This document shows positions 13,300 to 27,209 of a DNA stretch of 64,000 bases, piece after piece. The position numbers were made by a program, and so were the translations under genes. The DNA is from Girardia tigrina. Lineage: Eukaryota. The stretch lies in assembly GCA_001938485.1 (NCBI GenBank), contig MQRK01228128.1, positions 71,853-135,852 of the forward strand. Direction: 5' to 3'. The notes below the pieces were generated by a model, which made no database searches, was not told the origin of the DNA, and saw only the letters and a list, made by a program, of their open reading frames with translations. The first letter of the stretch is position 1, and every line of letters begins with the position of its first letter.

Positions 13300-13800
13300 T
13301 AAAACAATAGAAACGCATTGTTAGTTCCAATGGTGAAAGTCATGAGGAATGTGGATGATTCAGGATCCCATGGGAATCTTTATTTTCAGACATGAATATC
13401 ATCATTATTATGAAGCCATAAATAACTCAGCATTCCTATTCGTACTTTGTACTAATATTTCGGTTCTTTTGTCCTGGATAATAAAAATATCTCCGAATTT
13501 AAATTTAAAGTACAAGTTTATTAACCGAAGATTCCTTTAGGGATTTATTTTCGAACATTGACAAGGACCAACTGTTATCACTATTGCAACGTAGAATAAA
13601 TAAAATATTTATTATTATCTCGAGAGTAATTATATTTTGGCAAATCCTTAAATCAAATTTATAATAGTAAACGGAAATTCCCCAGAGGCTTTCAGAGAAT
13701 ATACTAATCAAAAAGTTAAAAACCCAATGGAGTAACAATCACATTTGTAAGGGTCTTTGAATATCTACTGTTAATTGAACTCTAAATACATTTTGATTGT
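13300..13800 (+). mobile_element. Highly decayed Penelope-like RT fragment
   Basis: Degenerate LYTNIP-like and FSNIDKDQLLSLL segments. Confidence 0.35.
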
Positions 13801-13899
13801 GCTATTAATTTTGGTTTTAATCGCATTCTCTGAATATAAATTTATAACTCCAATTTTAACTTTTACTACAATAATAGACAGAATAATGAGCTATAATTT

Positions 13900-14746
13900 T
13901 TGGTAGGGGCCAGTACCTTTGATACTACGAACACGTAAAGCAGCTTGAACAGGGTCTAATTGGGTGCAATAAACTTTAGAGGTGATGGTTTGACCCCGTG
14001 GAAGGAGTTCTCAGTGAACAGGTTCAGATGCCATCCACAAAACGCACAACATCACCTTTCTTCATTGATGCGGATCACTTCAATCCATCCGTTATGGAAG
14101 TTAACCTGGATTCAGCCGTTGCATTTTGCATTTCCTGTTTTTGTAGACAACCTACGTCTCATCGCACGTCAAAATCCATTGTAATCGACCACGGCTGAAT
14201 TCGTGCAATAGCCAAGAAGGATCGTTAATTCGTCGATTTTTTTTGCATTTAATTAAAATCGTGCGGAACATCTTGACCAAATTTATTTTGCTAGTTCATT
14301 TTCTGAAAGTATCAAAGTTTGGAGTTCAGAGGCCAGTTTGAACGTTGTTTTGATCGGATCCGCTTCAATGAAACGGTGTAGAGCTCGGTTATCAAAGGTG
14401 GTATGATGTTCGAAGTGTCTTTACGAAATGTATTGCTTGAGCAGAATTTTGGATACCATCGGAAACATTTTGCGCTTCCATTGATTTACGACCAAATTTA
14501 TATTATTGGAAAATCAATACGTGGATTTTTGATATTCACGCTTTTAAACATATTAACTCGTTCCTAAAATCAATAACTTTTTATAGAAAAGATTATACAT
14601 TGCGAATAATATAGCTCCTAAGAATATATAAAATCCATATAAGACAATCCTTTAAATAACTGTCAATACTTTCGTTCATACATTATATAATTATATTAAA
14701 GTCATTATTATAATAACACAAAAACGGCAATTTCTCAGCATCCCTG
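13900..14746 (-). mobile_element. Decayed mariner transposon
   Basis: Minus frame LTCDET*VVYKNRK...KVMLCVLW...ELLPRGQTITSKVYCTQLD, plus a TA|CAGGG terminus. Confidence 0.8.
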
Positions 14747-15529
14747 TAAATTATTTTATTTTATTTTTTAGTATTATACATAAATATAATATTTTAATGA
14801 TGATGTGGTATTTTATATTATTTTTAACAAATTAACTAAATAAAATATTTCGTAAAGATTATTGATTTATTAGAGGAATTAAATTATTTAATAAAAAGTA
14901 AAACGAAAAATAAAAGTCTCATAAAAATATTTTCTCATAAAAAGTTGAAAATAAAATCATTTAAATTTTGGCAGAAAGAAAAAAAATTTTCTCACAAAAT
15001 TTCGCAATTATTTTTTCTGAAGAAAATGAAAATAAATTAATAATTTTATTGCTTCAAAACATAAATCAATTGAATTATTAAATTAACAAGTTTTCATTAA
15101 TCATATTATATCTAAAATGTTCATTTATTCAGTTCTTTTGTTTAAATCAACTGCTACATAAATTGGTTTTTAGATTAAGAAAAAATTCAATTAAACCGCG
15201 AAGGAATTCTGATATTCCTCAGTAGTAAAACAAAAAAAATCTTTTTTTTAGTATTTAATATAATTTAAAGTTTTAATTAATATGAATAAAAACAACAATT
15301 TTAGGAGCAAAATAATGAATTTTCTCGAAATTAACTTCCAAAAATGTTAGTTTATTAATAATTTTAAATAAATTTTTTAAAACAAAAATTATATATTAAA
15401 AGTGAAAAAATATTTATCTGACCTAAATAAATTAAAATTAAATGAATTAATATTTAAAATCATATTATTATGTAAAATAAAACATTAAATTTTCAGTATG
15501 ATTTATTTTAATCTTACATTTATTCTTTG

Positions 15530-15579
<50 letters not shown>

Positions 15580-15629
15580 NNNNNNNNNNNNNNNNNNNNN
15601 NNNNNNNNNNNNNNNNNNNNNNNNNNNNN

Positions 15630-15662
<33 letters not shown>

Positions 15663-16199
15663 CATTTTTACAATGAAATTGAACTTCGGTATTAAGTGTC
15701 CGTGATTAACTGTACCGAGATTAACTGTCTCTGGATTAAGTGTCCCCGCACCAACCCATTATACAGAGTCTTGCGATTTTTTTTATTTATTCGATCTTTC
15801 TCTCCAAAAAAAACTTTGAACTTTTTGCAAAAGTTCAATTTCATTGTAAAAATGCTATATATATACATAGTGGGCGCATTAATAACTATCATCGGAATTA
15901 CCAGGTTTTTTTCGACTGGTGGTATAACGCGGCCTATATTCTTTAACGATGTTTGGTATTGTTTTAGCAAGAATAAAACTACACAGGTTAAAAACTTTCA
16001 TTATCGAAATGAAGAGTATTTTATAAATTATATAATTTATCTAAACGTCTACATTAGAGCGAGAGGCGCTTGAATTTTCCACTTCAAAAACGATAATAAT
16101 TGAAAATAATTGTCGGTGATATTCTAATGGATTAAGGAACTTTAAAAATTCTATCAAAAGATGTAATACAAATAATTTATTAGGTTTAAAGAATTGAAC

Positions 16200-16478
16200 G
16201 TATGTTTAGGAACAAATCTACAACTCAATTTGCCTTGTGTTTGGATTTAGTTTATCAATATTTTGTAATAGGAGCGATTCACTAGACAATGCTTGGTTAT
16301 CTCTTCAAACGCATCCAGAAATTCAATCGAACTTATGGACGCATTATTATGGTTGACCATATGAAGAAGTGTAGTAAAAGAATTGACATTAAAATATTTC
16401 CAAGTTATGCGTTCAAATTTCGGAAATAATTGAGAGAGAAAGGGATGTGAGGCTTTATTCACAGGGATCACAGACCTA
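16200..16478 (-). mobile_element. Penelope-like RT remnant
   Basis: SIEFLDA...RSYYK resembles the FLD...VYRK region of Penelope RT. Confidence 0.4.
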
Positions 16479-16479
16479 A

Positions 16480-17009
16480 TGTTCAAGATACACTTTCAAC
16501 CACTTTATTAAAAATATTAAACTAATTAAAAACAGTGATTACACGTCGGTAACAAAGTGCATAAACAAGTCTCGTTTGAATGTTTATTACAATCACATTT
16601 AGAGTCATTATGACTCTCAGAAAGTCTTTCATCGTTTGCCATCGTTCTAATTGGTTTTCTTATTTCTGTTTTTAATCATGATTATTCGAACAATTTTTCT
16701 AAGTCATTTTTTAAAATATTTAGCCTCTAAAAAATATTAATTAAAAAATAATAATTTTTACCATTTTTCAATAAATCTTAAAATAATAAAAATATCATCA
16801 AATTATTAAAAATGCATTTAATTTAAATTTTACTAAAAATATTAAACTTAATTTTAATTATGTTCGAATAGTCGATCACTTTACATTTAAATAAAAAAAT
16901 GACAATTTCCATCCGGGTGGGAGAACCACCATTCTAAGTTCAACATACTTAAATCAACGTACAGCATCACTACATTTACACATTCAAACAAATTAAAATA
17001 TTCCTCACA
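16480..17009 (-). mobile_element. Solo LTR (same family, left boundary uncertain)
   Basis: AATATTCCTCACA terminus and CCATCCGGGTGGGAGA motif. TSD not recovered. Confidence 0.6.
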
Positions 17010-17924
17010 ATATAATTATTAAATCAATGAAAAAATTACAATAAAGTTCTGAAAAAGACCATGTGGATGTTAATTTTAGGCTCCGAAGACCTGTGATATA
17101 AAATGTCTCACTTCATCTCAATTATTTCTAAAATTGAGTGCACGGAATTTTAATGAAATTATATTCTTTTTTTACGACTTTGTTCTTGGATTCTCCTAAA
17201 GAGATGACTTAGCTATCTGGTGCTACACCAAATTTTGTTATATTGTAAACAAGGTCCGAAGATTAATGCAGAATATGAGATTCAGTAAAAATAAAGGCAG
17301 ACCATGGAAATAATTGTAAGGGGCATATAAATTATTAAAAATGAATTTAATTCCAATCATTTGCCAGTTTTCGGATTTTGTCAATAAAAAAACAATGAAA
17401 CTTTGCTGTAATTAAGTTTTACATTCTTTTAAGATTAAACTTTCTTTTAATTTACTTTAAAATTCTATGAGTAATTGATTTTTATTAATTTTTAATTTTT
17501 GAATTTATTTTTTATCGATTTTAATTTTGATCTTCTGTTTTGTTTATGAATATATAAATATAAAAAATTGCTTATATATACAATTTTATTAATAATTCAA
17601 TTAATTGCTTTATATTATTACTATTAAACTGTTTTTAATTAACTATCATTTTATTAACTATTTCTTATCTTTATTTTAATTAATTTTAGAATTTCGTTAA
17701 AGCCTTTTTAAGACATTGATTATAAAATAAAAGAGCAAACACAAACCATTAAAATATCATATTTTGAAGGATATAAAGTATTTTAGAGAGTATTTGCAAG
17801 AATATAGGTTGTGTCAAAGTGGTTTCAATGATATCTAAAGTTCAAAACTTCCTGTCAAATAAATCGAAAATGATTTGTGGATTTTAATTTAATATGGTTT
17901 AAAAATTTAATTGTCACGGGTGTA

Positions 17925-19640
17925 AAAACTCGTACATAAGGGGGAGAATGTTAGAGATCATCAAAGCTTTCCATGAGGGATTCGAAGGTTCTATAGGTGA
18001 TGAAACCTTCAACATGGATAAAGGAGTGCATCAAGGTTGTGTTTTAGGGCCGCTCCTGTTCAATATTGTATTCGACACGGTTGTGAAAAGAGCAATATTG
18101 AACGGTCTCTCTGGAGGAGTGATGATGAAACATGAAGATGGAAGCTTCCTTGAGATCAACAGACTAGCCTATGCTGACGATCTCTGCCTCATCGACACGG
18201 ACTGGAATAACTTGATAAATAATTTGAACATTTTAAATGCATCCTTTTTTAGATTTAGGTCTCAAAATTAACATAGGTAAAACCAAAGTTTTGAACCTAA
18301 ACGGAGATACTCGAATCCTTACTGCTGGGCACCAGCTTGAGGCCGGTATTGAGTGGGTCTCTAGCTTTTGTTACCTAGGATCCACTATCTCCTCAGCAGG
18401 AAATGTGGACGCGGAAGTATAAGGAAGAATCAAGAAAGGAACCCAGAAGATCCTGGATCTGAGACCAGTGCTGAAGAGCTCCAAACTGAGTATGAGGAAT
18501 AAGAATAAAATAATCAACGCATGCATATTCTCCGTAGTCTACTACGGCTGTGAAAGCTGGAGAACTGCGGACAAGAACATTAAGAAATTGCATGCCCTTC
18601 ATAATCTATTCACGTGCATAGTTAGGAAGAAACACAAAATTGAAAAGATCCGTATGGACATCCTGGACATTGGACTCCCACATCCCATAGATATTATCGC
18701 GAGTAAACGGCTTACTTTCCACAGTAAGACGGAAACTTCAGAGGAGTACGAGACAATCAAACGAATCTGGAAGGGAGAAATACAAATGGGGAAAAAGATC
18801 AGTGGGAGAAAGAAGCAATCAATTTCGGAATGTCTTCGAGTGGACATACAGTGACTATTTGGGGATAATGCGGTGTATGGAGATTTCATTAACCACATCA
18901 TTCACAGAGATCGTACTGTATTGAGGGAAACATACAAAAACTCCTTAATTCGATCAGGAAGACTCAATAGGTCAAGAACAACTGTACCGAAGCTGATCAA
19001 CGAGAGAGACAAACGTCACCAATGTCCAGTAGAAAGATGCTACAAGGAGGTTGCCAAAAAAAAGGAGCTGAACAGGCACATGAAAAGGGACCACGCGGTG
19101 TCCACTTCCGCTAATCCTGATCAGCTCAATGAAATACAACAACAGCAATTGCCATTCCCATGTACACTATGCAAAAAGTCGTACAAAACGAAGGGGTGGC
19201 TGACCAGCACCTCTACCGGAATCATAAATTGGAGGAGACAGAAGAAATTGGAGATCCGACAATGACACCAGCGCAAACGAGTACAACCACAGAAGAAAAC
19301 CTCAACATTTCAGGCAACCATATTCAATCCGTGACGGACCCCCTGCCTAACTCGACGGCAGTGGAGGAAGTGAAACGTACTGAAGAAACACATCTGACTT
19401 TTAGGATTGCAGATGTAACTGCAAGGGGAGAGTTTAGATGTCATTTCGCGGCTGTACGAAGTTCATGAATATAGCCAAAGATATACAGAACCATGGATAT
19501 ACAGCCTATGATTAGTCTTTTTTTACAGGGAAGTCAAAAAGATATCGGAGACCAGATCTATCCAAACCCGAAGGAGGCTTATCGGGGGGCTGCTAGTGAT
19601 TCTTTAGTTTGGGTGGACCCTCTAAAGAGTCTAGAGACTC
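17925..19640 (+). mobile_element. 5'-truncated RTE-like LINE with C-terminal C2H2 zinc fingers
   Basis: GVHQGCVLGPLLFN, LAYADD, FCYLGS and YGCESW motifs, then CPVERC...HMKRDH, CTLC...HLYRNH and a third decayed finger. Multiple frameshifts and stops. Confidence 0.9.
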
Positions 19641-19669
19641 AATACAATTCCAAAGTGATTGGAGGCTAA

Positions 19670-19900
19670 CATTGAAGAGCCAAATCGTCATCTAGAAACC
19701 CGGACAAGTGAGTATTCACAATCAAGTCGATTGACAATGTTCCTTGATCATAGGTTACATTATAAAAATAGAATCTCTTCTATTTCAAAGGATGGATTTT
19801 CTGTTATTTTGCAGAAGAGTTTTAATTTACATTTTGAACAATAGATCTATGAATCAGTATTGATAAGACACTACAACCAATTAATATTCTCAATAGGTAA
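19670..19900 (+). mobile_element. Penelope GIY-YIG remnant
   Basis: RHLETRTSEY...DH...FSVI...IYESVLI pattern. Confidence 0.55.
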
Positions 19901-20086
19901 AATAAGGCCTTTATATTTTTAAGTCTTTAATTAAATAAATAAACAAATTTGTTATTAATATATCTTGAAAAAATAAAACGTTTTTTTAAAAATCTTCCAT
20001 TAAATCTAACATTCAAATACTTTACAAATTAAATTATGAAACGTCAAAACATGTTCAATAATCAATTTCTTAGTAAAAATGTAATC

Positions 20087-20122
<36 letters not shown>

Positions 20123-21038
20123 GAAAATAAAAATATTTTGTAATTTTATCCTCCATATATTAATTTAAAAAAATATCAATAAATTATATTAAAATTGTTT
20201 TGTTGATAAACATGATGTCTCGTATTAATTTCAGAAATGGACATTGATTGATGAGGAAAATAAATAATTTTATATAATAAATTCATTCAAACAAAAATGA
20301 CAGCATCATTTGATTTCCTGTATCCCATAAATTGTAGCAAATTATATATTTGTCGAAGAATCATTTGATGGGTTCAATTTTAATATTTATCTTTCAGAAT
20401 GATTTATAATGAAATAAAAAAATCCTTTTCCTCCACAAAACTGATGGATATTTCAATAATGCAAATAATTTTTATAAAATATAAAATAAATAAAAAAAAC
20501 TAACATTAGACATTTGCTTGATAATATAAAATTAAATAATTTTATTTATATTTTTATATAATTTTAGAAATATTTTATCATAATTCATGTCTTCTTTTTA
20601 TAACTATTATTAATATAAATATTATTAATACTATTTTTATTTGTATATTAAGTCGAATGTTGGAAAAAACGAAAAACTCTTACAAATCCTCTTTCTCACA
20701 AAAAATTTATTTTCGCTGCTTCTGTTCAAACCGTATATCAAACAAGGTTTATTGATTGGTATTCAAGCAAATTGTCACAGAATAAATCAACCATGTTGCT
20801 TTGCTGCCGAAGCAATTGAGTTTCTGTCAGCTCGACATGATGAATGGGGGATTATTGCCCAGCTGAGCTTGTATTAGAGGATTTAGAGTTGAAATCAAAA
20901 TCAATCAGCCGTATTTTTCATAACCCGAGGAGGCAGAAAGATGTATTAATGTTATCTAATCCTAAATTAATGAACATAATAGTAATTATATTTCCTGCAG
21001 TTCATTGCCTGATCGTAGAATATCGAATTTTTATGGGT

Positions 21039-21355
21039 TTCGTTTCTCCTATATTTGTTTTCTTAGTTTTTCTTGAACGAAATTTTCCATGGTCTACGTT
21101 TAATTGAAACATATACAGTCAGATAGTTTATTATTATGTTATGAAACTTCTTTTATTTCAGTTGGTGTTTTGAAGTCGTTCAGTTGAGAGTTTATTTGTG
21201 TATAACAAACTAAATGAGTGTGAGCAATTTTTGGTATGTTGTGTGTTGATTTGGAATTGTGTCTCTCTTACTCAGATGGATGATTAATATTTTAATTCTT
21301 ATTACTTGAAACTTATTATCAAATTTAGATTTAATATTCAAAATTATTGTTAATC
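21039..21355 (+). repeat. Duplicated segment (180-bp flank plus LTR 5' part); second copy 37454-37765
   Basis: 180 bp with only 3 mismatches, followed by a more diverged TGTGAG-start LTR segment. Confidence 0.9.
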
Positions 21356-21490
21356 TATTATCCTAACGGCTGGCGAACTTTTAGATTTTTAAAATAGCAT
21401 AAAATATTAATTATTTAAAGAGATTATTATTTAGAAATCTTAATAACGATTAACACATATTTATTAAAATAATTTATAATCTAATAAATA

Positions 21491-23856
21491 CAGTGTACTC
21501 TCGATTAACCGTGCGCGGATTAACCGGTTTGCGGATTAACCGTGCCTGAAAATAAATATTTTTTAATAAAAATTTAGTTTGATTATTTTTTTATCTCAGA
21601 CGATTTTAAGGCGCATTAATGAATTGCGATCTTGAATATGCGCGTTATTTGAAAAAAATGCGTACAGGGTCGCGCAGGAACGTCACACTGCCATTAATTT
21701 CGATATTTATTGCCCACATTTGTCAGTTCTCGGAACTTCGTTTGTTCTAAAAAATCTAATGTTCACAAAATCTTCGGTCCCTTCGATCTTTCGAAGTTTG
21801 TTTGTTCAGTTGCTCTGTTTCCTTGCAGCGGAGAAGTGCGTGTATTATAATATAAAGTGCAGTTTTTTTCATTACTCTCGTATGTTTGATTGTTTTTAAT
21901 TTCTTTCTGTTTGATATTATTTTTATTGTTATATATAACCTCAAAAATTCATATTTTAGCTCTACATATCTGTATCGTTTAAAAATGGAGAAAGAACAAT
22001 TATCAAAAAAACGAAAGAAAATCGTACTCACGATAAAACAGAAACTTACGTTGATTGAGAGATGCGAAAAAGGAGAATCCATGTCAAAACTTTTCGAAGA
22101 ATATGGAATTGATATTCAAACTGTTCGAGATATAGTCAAACAAAAAGATAAGTTAGAGGTGTTTGCTAGAGATTGCGATAGTTCTGCAAGCCCTTCGAAA
22201 CGAAAGAGTATGAAAACGTCGACATTCGAAGATTTGGATGCAGCCATGCTGATATGGTTCAATCAAAAACAAGCAGAGGGAATACCAATCAGCGGCGAAA
22301 TGTGCATCGAAGCAGCGAATACATTTCATAAAAATTTAGGAATCGAAGAAAATTTCAACGCCTCGTCAGGCTGGGTGACGAGGTTCAAACAGCGACACGG
22401 GATTCGTCAGCTTACGATTCAGGGAGAACGCCTCAGTTCAAATACTGACGCTGCTCACGACTTCTGTGTCGAATTTCAAGAATTTTTGCAAAGAGAAAAT
22501 TTGCAACCTGATCAAATTTATAATGCAGATGAAACTGGCTTGTACTGGAAGTGTTCACCAACAAAAACGTTAGCTTCGATAAGAGAAAAGTCTGCTCCTG
22601 GACATAAATCGTCCAAAGAGAGAATTACGGTTTTATGTTGCGGGAATGCATCCGGATCGCATAAATTGAAACTGTTAGTAATCGGAAAATCAAAAAAACC
22701 TCGATCCTTTAAGGGAACCGAAGTAAAAAAATCTTCCCGTCGATTATTATAGTTAGAAAGGGGTATAGATGGACAGGGAAATTTTTGAAGATTGGTTCAA
22801 AAAGAAATAAGTCCCAGAGGTGCAATTATTTTTAAAAAATAAGGGATTGCCACAGAAAGCAGTTTTGTTATTAGATAATGATCCTTCTCATCCGAATGAA
22901 AGCATATTGAAGACAAACGATGGACTTATGATCACAAAATTTTTGCCCCCTAATGTTACATCACTGATTCAACCCATGGACCAATGTGTTATATCATCGA
23001 CGAAACGTCTATATCGTCAAAAACTTCTGAAAACTCTTGTTGAGGAAGATGATAATTTGATCAATTTTTGGAAAAAAATGACAATATTGGATGCTATACA
23101 TGGGATAGCTCAATCTTGAACAAAAGTGAAGCCGGTAACACTCGCTCGATCATGGAGAAAGATTCTTCCTGACATAGAAAAAGATTTAATGGATCCGGAA
23201 GAGAATGAAGAAAATTTTGTACCTGAATTGTGTGGATTATTAGAAAATATAAATTTTTTAAAAGACGTGGATGAAGAAAATATTGAAGAATGACTCAACC
23301 GTGATTTGAATGACCCCGGATTTCAACGCATGGATGACCCTGAAATCGTTTCTCTTGTCACTCAAGAGGAAGAAAATGAGAGTGATACTTCAAACGAAGA
23401 AGACATCAGTGGTTACGTAAGCCATGAAACGGCATTAAATTGTATAGAAACACTATTAGAGTATGCTAATCAAAGGGGAACAGAATATAATAATATTATG
23501 GCTTTAAGGATATTTAGATGTGAAATTAGAAATTCTTTAAAAAGACGTCAAAAACAAACAAAAATAACAGATTTTTTTTTAATTTGTATATATATAAAAC
23601 TATGTATATTTTTTATATTTTGATGTTTTATTGCTGTTTCATTTTATTATTTATGATAAAATATTATATTTTTACTTATTTTTTTGGGTTTCTTGATAAA
23701 TAATGAATATAAAAATAATGTGTTAAAAATTTATGTTGTGTAGATGATATTGTATTCGAAAATAAAATAAAAATTTGATGATTCTGATTAACCGTGTTTC
23801 TCAATTAACCGTGTCCATCCTCCCCAGCATTGGCCCGGATAATCGAGAGTGCACTG
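21491..23856 (+). mobile_element. Full-length Tigger/pogo DNA transposon
   Basis: TIR CAGTG(T/C)ACTCTCGATTA(A/T)CCG at both ends with TA TSD. Inserted into the LTR beginning at 21219. Confidence 0.95.
21985..23600 (+). pseudogene. Tigger/jerky-like transposase (CENP-B HTH plus DDE_1), disrupted
   Basis: KRKKIVLTIKQKL, SSGWVTRFKQRHGI, YNADETGLYW, LLLDNDPSH and LPPNVTSLIQPMDQ. Frameshift near 22730 and in-frame stops. Confidence 0.92.
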
Positions 23857-24259
23857 TAGTTAATAAGTAAAAAAAATATATAACGTTATAAGATATAGAT
23901 TTTAAAATTTTTATAAATATAAAATAACGTTTTTAATAAGAAAGAAGAATTTAAATTTAATAAGTTGCATTAAGGTTTAAATAAAAATATAAAGGATTTG
24001 AATTTAATAATTTACGATAAGATTTTAATAAAAAATAAGAATTTAATAATACTAAAATTAATAAGTTGAGATAAAGCTTTTATTAAAATAATATTTACAT
24101 AAATTTATGACGATTATAAAATCATGCTTATATTTATACTTATTTATTTCTGATATTCTTTAAATTTGTAAATTATTAAATGAAACAAATTAGTTTTAAA
24201 AGATTAATTGTAATTTTAATTTTAACAAAACACATTTGTAGTAAATATTTTTAAAAGAA

Positions 24260-25620
24260 TATACAGGTTCAAGTTAGTTCTAATTTTGGGATGTGAATAA
24301 TCTATGATCAAGGAATATAAGTAAAAGTTCCATTAGGATTGTCATAAAGATGATACAAATTGTAATTGTAATAAATTTATGCATTCTCTCAACATGGCGA
24401 CCATACCAGGACTCGAAGTGGATTCTTCTGGGAAGAAGTAACTTTAACAATAAGTAATTGCTTTTATTATTAATTATCTTTTCATTTCTTTATTAAAGAC
24501 TATTAAGACTTTTGGATATAAATCCTTCTGTAAAGAATTTAGGTCTTCCGAGTGTACTTTCTTTAATATCTTGTCCATGGTCGATTAGTTATAATCAATA
24601 ATGAATAATAATTCTCGATCAATCCTTGCGTATAACGAACTCCGTTTTACGGATAAAAATGCGGGAAATTTTTATGGGATCGATAAACATGAGTACAATT
24701 TTTTTCCCTTTATTTTATGTCAGATTAATTAAATTAGAAGTGTACTTAGGTATATTGCGCACCTACAAAATTCAGGCGATGATGAGTACTAGATGACTAT
24801 GTGATCAATGTCCAAATAGTTTCTTGCAATTTTCAATAAGGTCTTTAACGGTAATCAAACCTTTTCTTACACAAAATTCAAGAGAATTAGTAAAGCAAAG
24901 TTTGTTTCACCCTTGTTTTAGAATTACAACATCAATATTTTTCGCATTATCAGTAACGATGATGAAGATTTTCCTTTCAGATATTTTCCGCTTAGAAAGA
25001 TTATTTTTACAATTTTTCAACTTTATTGAATCATTTATAACTTTCTGAAAATGGCTGCATCCATAATTTATAATCATTTGGATGTGTTCTTTAACATTAG
25101 TTCCATGATGACGACGAATCTGTCCAATGTACAACGCATTGTACCTGTGTTCTTTTCACTGACCAACTATTTGTAAAGCATTGACTTTTTCGTAAACGTT
25201 TAATATAAGGCGGAAACGCCCAAGTCCAGGATTGTGATCGACTTGAAGACAATACTAAAGAATAATTTTAAAACGTTATTCATAGTATTTGTTATTAGTT
25301 GTCTGTTCTATTTTGAAAAAAAGTATCTAGGAATACCTTTCATGTTAATTTTTATTTTGTAATTAAAGTTTTAATCGCTTTAATCATTCATGATTCCTCT
25401 TCCTCAAGCTAAATTTTCCTTTCCTAATCAATAATATCCAACGCAATCCTCAGATGCCGTTTATTCATGTCATTCTCCTTTACTTTCTGACTTAAGAACA
25501 GGTGATACTTCTCATTTTCCCATTTAACGGAGCATGTTTTCGAATGGGGTTATATAAAGCAAACATATATGATGAACATTAAGGCATGATCCGAAACATC
25601 TTCATGAAAACCTTTAATTA
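24260..25620 (-). mobile_element. Decayed Penelope-like element (GIY-YIG region)
   Basis: YIGQIRRHHGTNVKEH GIY-YIG motif at ~25080-25135. Confidence 0.7.
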
Positions 25621-27209
25621 AATTAAAACAATATTACTAATTATGAATCATTGAGATTAAACTTCTTCTATACAGGTGAAAATCAGAATTTACAGATTAA
25701 AAGAGAAGAATACAGCTGTAATATATTAAATGTATATTTATTTTGTTTAATGAATTGTTCAATGCTACAAAATATAAGAATAATAGTATTTATTTTTCTT
25801 TTAACACAAGTTCTTTTATTTATTACTCGACTTATATTTAACAATAATATCATAAATAATGCAATAAATAATGCAAAAAAGAATGACAATAAAATAATTT
25901 TAGGAAAAATATCTCAACAATAGATTATTTTAAATATTAACAATAAATTTAAAAATAAAAAAATGTGAAGAAAAAATAGTAAAAAACGCTACAGAAGTTT
26001 AGAAATGGTGAATTTGTACTTGAGGATTAAGAGCGAAGTGGCAGACCCAAAGATATGGATGACATCGAATTACAGGCCTGTTCCACATCAAAAATTATTC
26101 AAATTAAGAATAAAAAATGAAAATTTGAAATGGGAATTTATATATGTATTTATAAATGTAAATTAAAAATATATGTAAATTAAAATTATTAAAAAATAAA
26201 AGGAAAAAAAACTCTTTAAAATTATTTTAGTTAATTTGAAAGAAAACTGTTTAAAAAAAGAAAAAGAATTTATATATAAATTTGTTATTATGATGTTGAT
26301 TGTTTAAACATGTTAAAAATTTATTATAAAAGATTAGAAATTTGGAAACCATTAAATATATATAGAAATATCTATTATTTTTCGTTATTAAATATTAAAT
26401 ATATATAAATATTAATTACAATGAATATTGATTTGAGTCAATCAAAACCGAGTTCAGATGAATCTAATTCTCTGTCTATCTCAAACAGAACTAAAATCAA
26501 TCAGATTCGCCGAAATCGTTTTTATCATCGAGTTTCACGAGTGTCAGATTTCGAATGGTTGGGAAACCGCGAACCATCAAATATCAATGTTTCTTTGAAG
26601 ACAATCTTCCTCACAATCAGAACTTTTTTTGGGATATAATCATACAATTTCGGACTATTGTTTCTGCAGGTATTATCAAAGAAACACTCGTTTTATTCAT
26701 ATCAAGTAGGAATAAATTCCGTATAGAATATTGCAGAAAAAACTTTTAATTAATAAAAAATGTTAATCGATCGTGTGTTAGTCATACTGCTTGGGAACAT
26801 TTTGATCATGCCTGTTGGGGTTCTTTAAATTTTTGATATTTTTAAAAATCATATTTATATTTTAAATAAATTAAAAATAATGTTCTATTAATTAAAATGA
26901 AATAATTCTTTAAAATAAAAATCTTTTAAAATTCTTTAAAAAAAAGAACAGGCTCATTCTTTTAATTTTGGAAAATAATTAATTTTTATAAATAATCTCT
27001 AAAATAAAAAAATATTTAAAATCAAAAGTTTTTAAACAGTTATTAGTAAAAAATATCTTAATTAATTTTAAAAAGTTAATTTCATAAATAATTGAATTTT
27101 AATTGTTTTGCATTTATTTTAAGAGTTATTCGGAAGAATATTTTGTTGAAATTTTTGTTGTCAGAGATGTAATAAAAAAAGATAATTTAAAGTTAAAAGG
27201 CAGTTGGAA

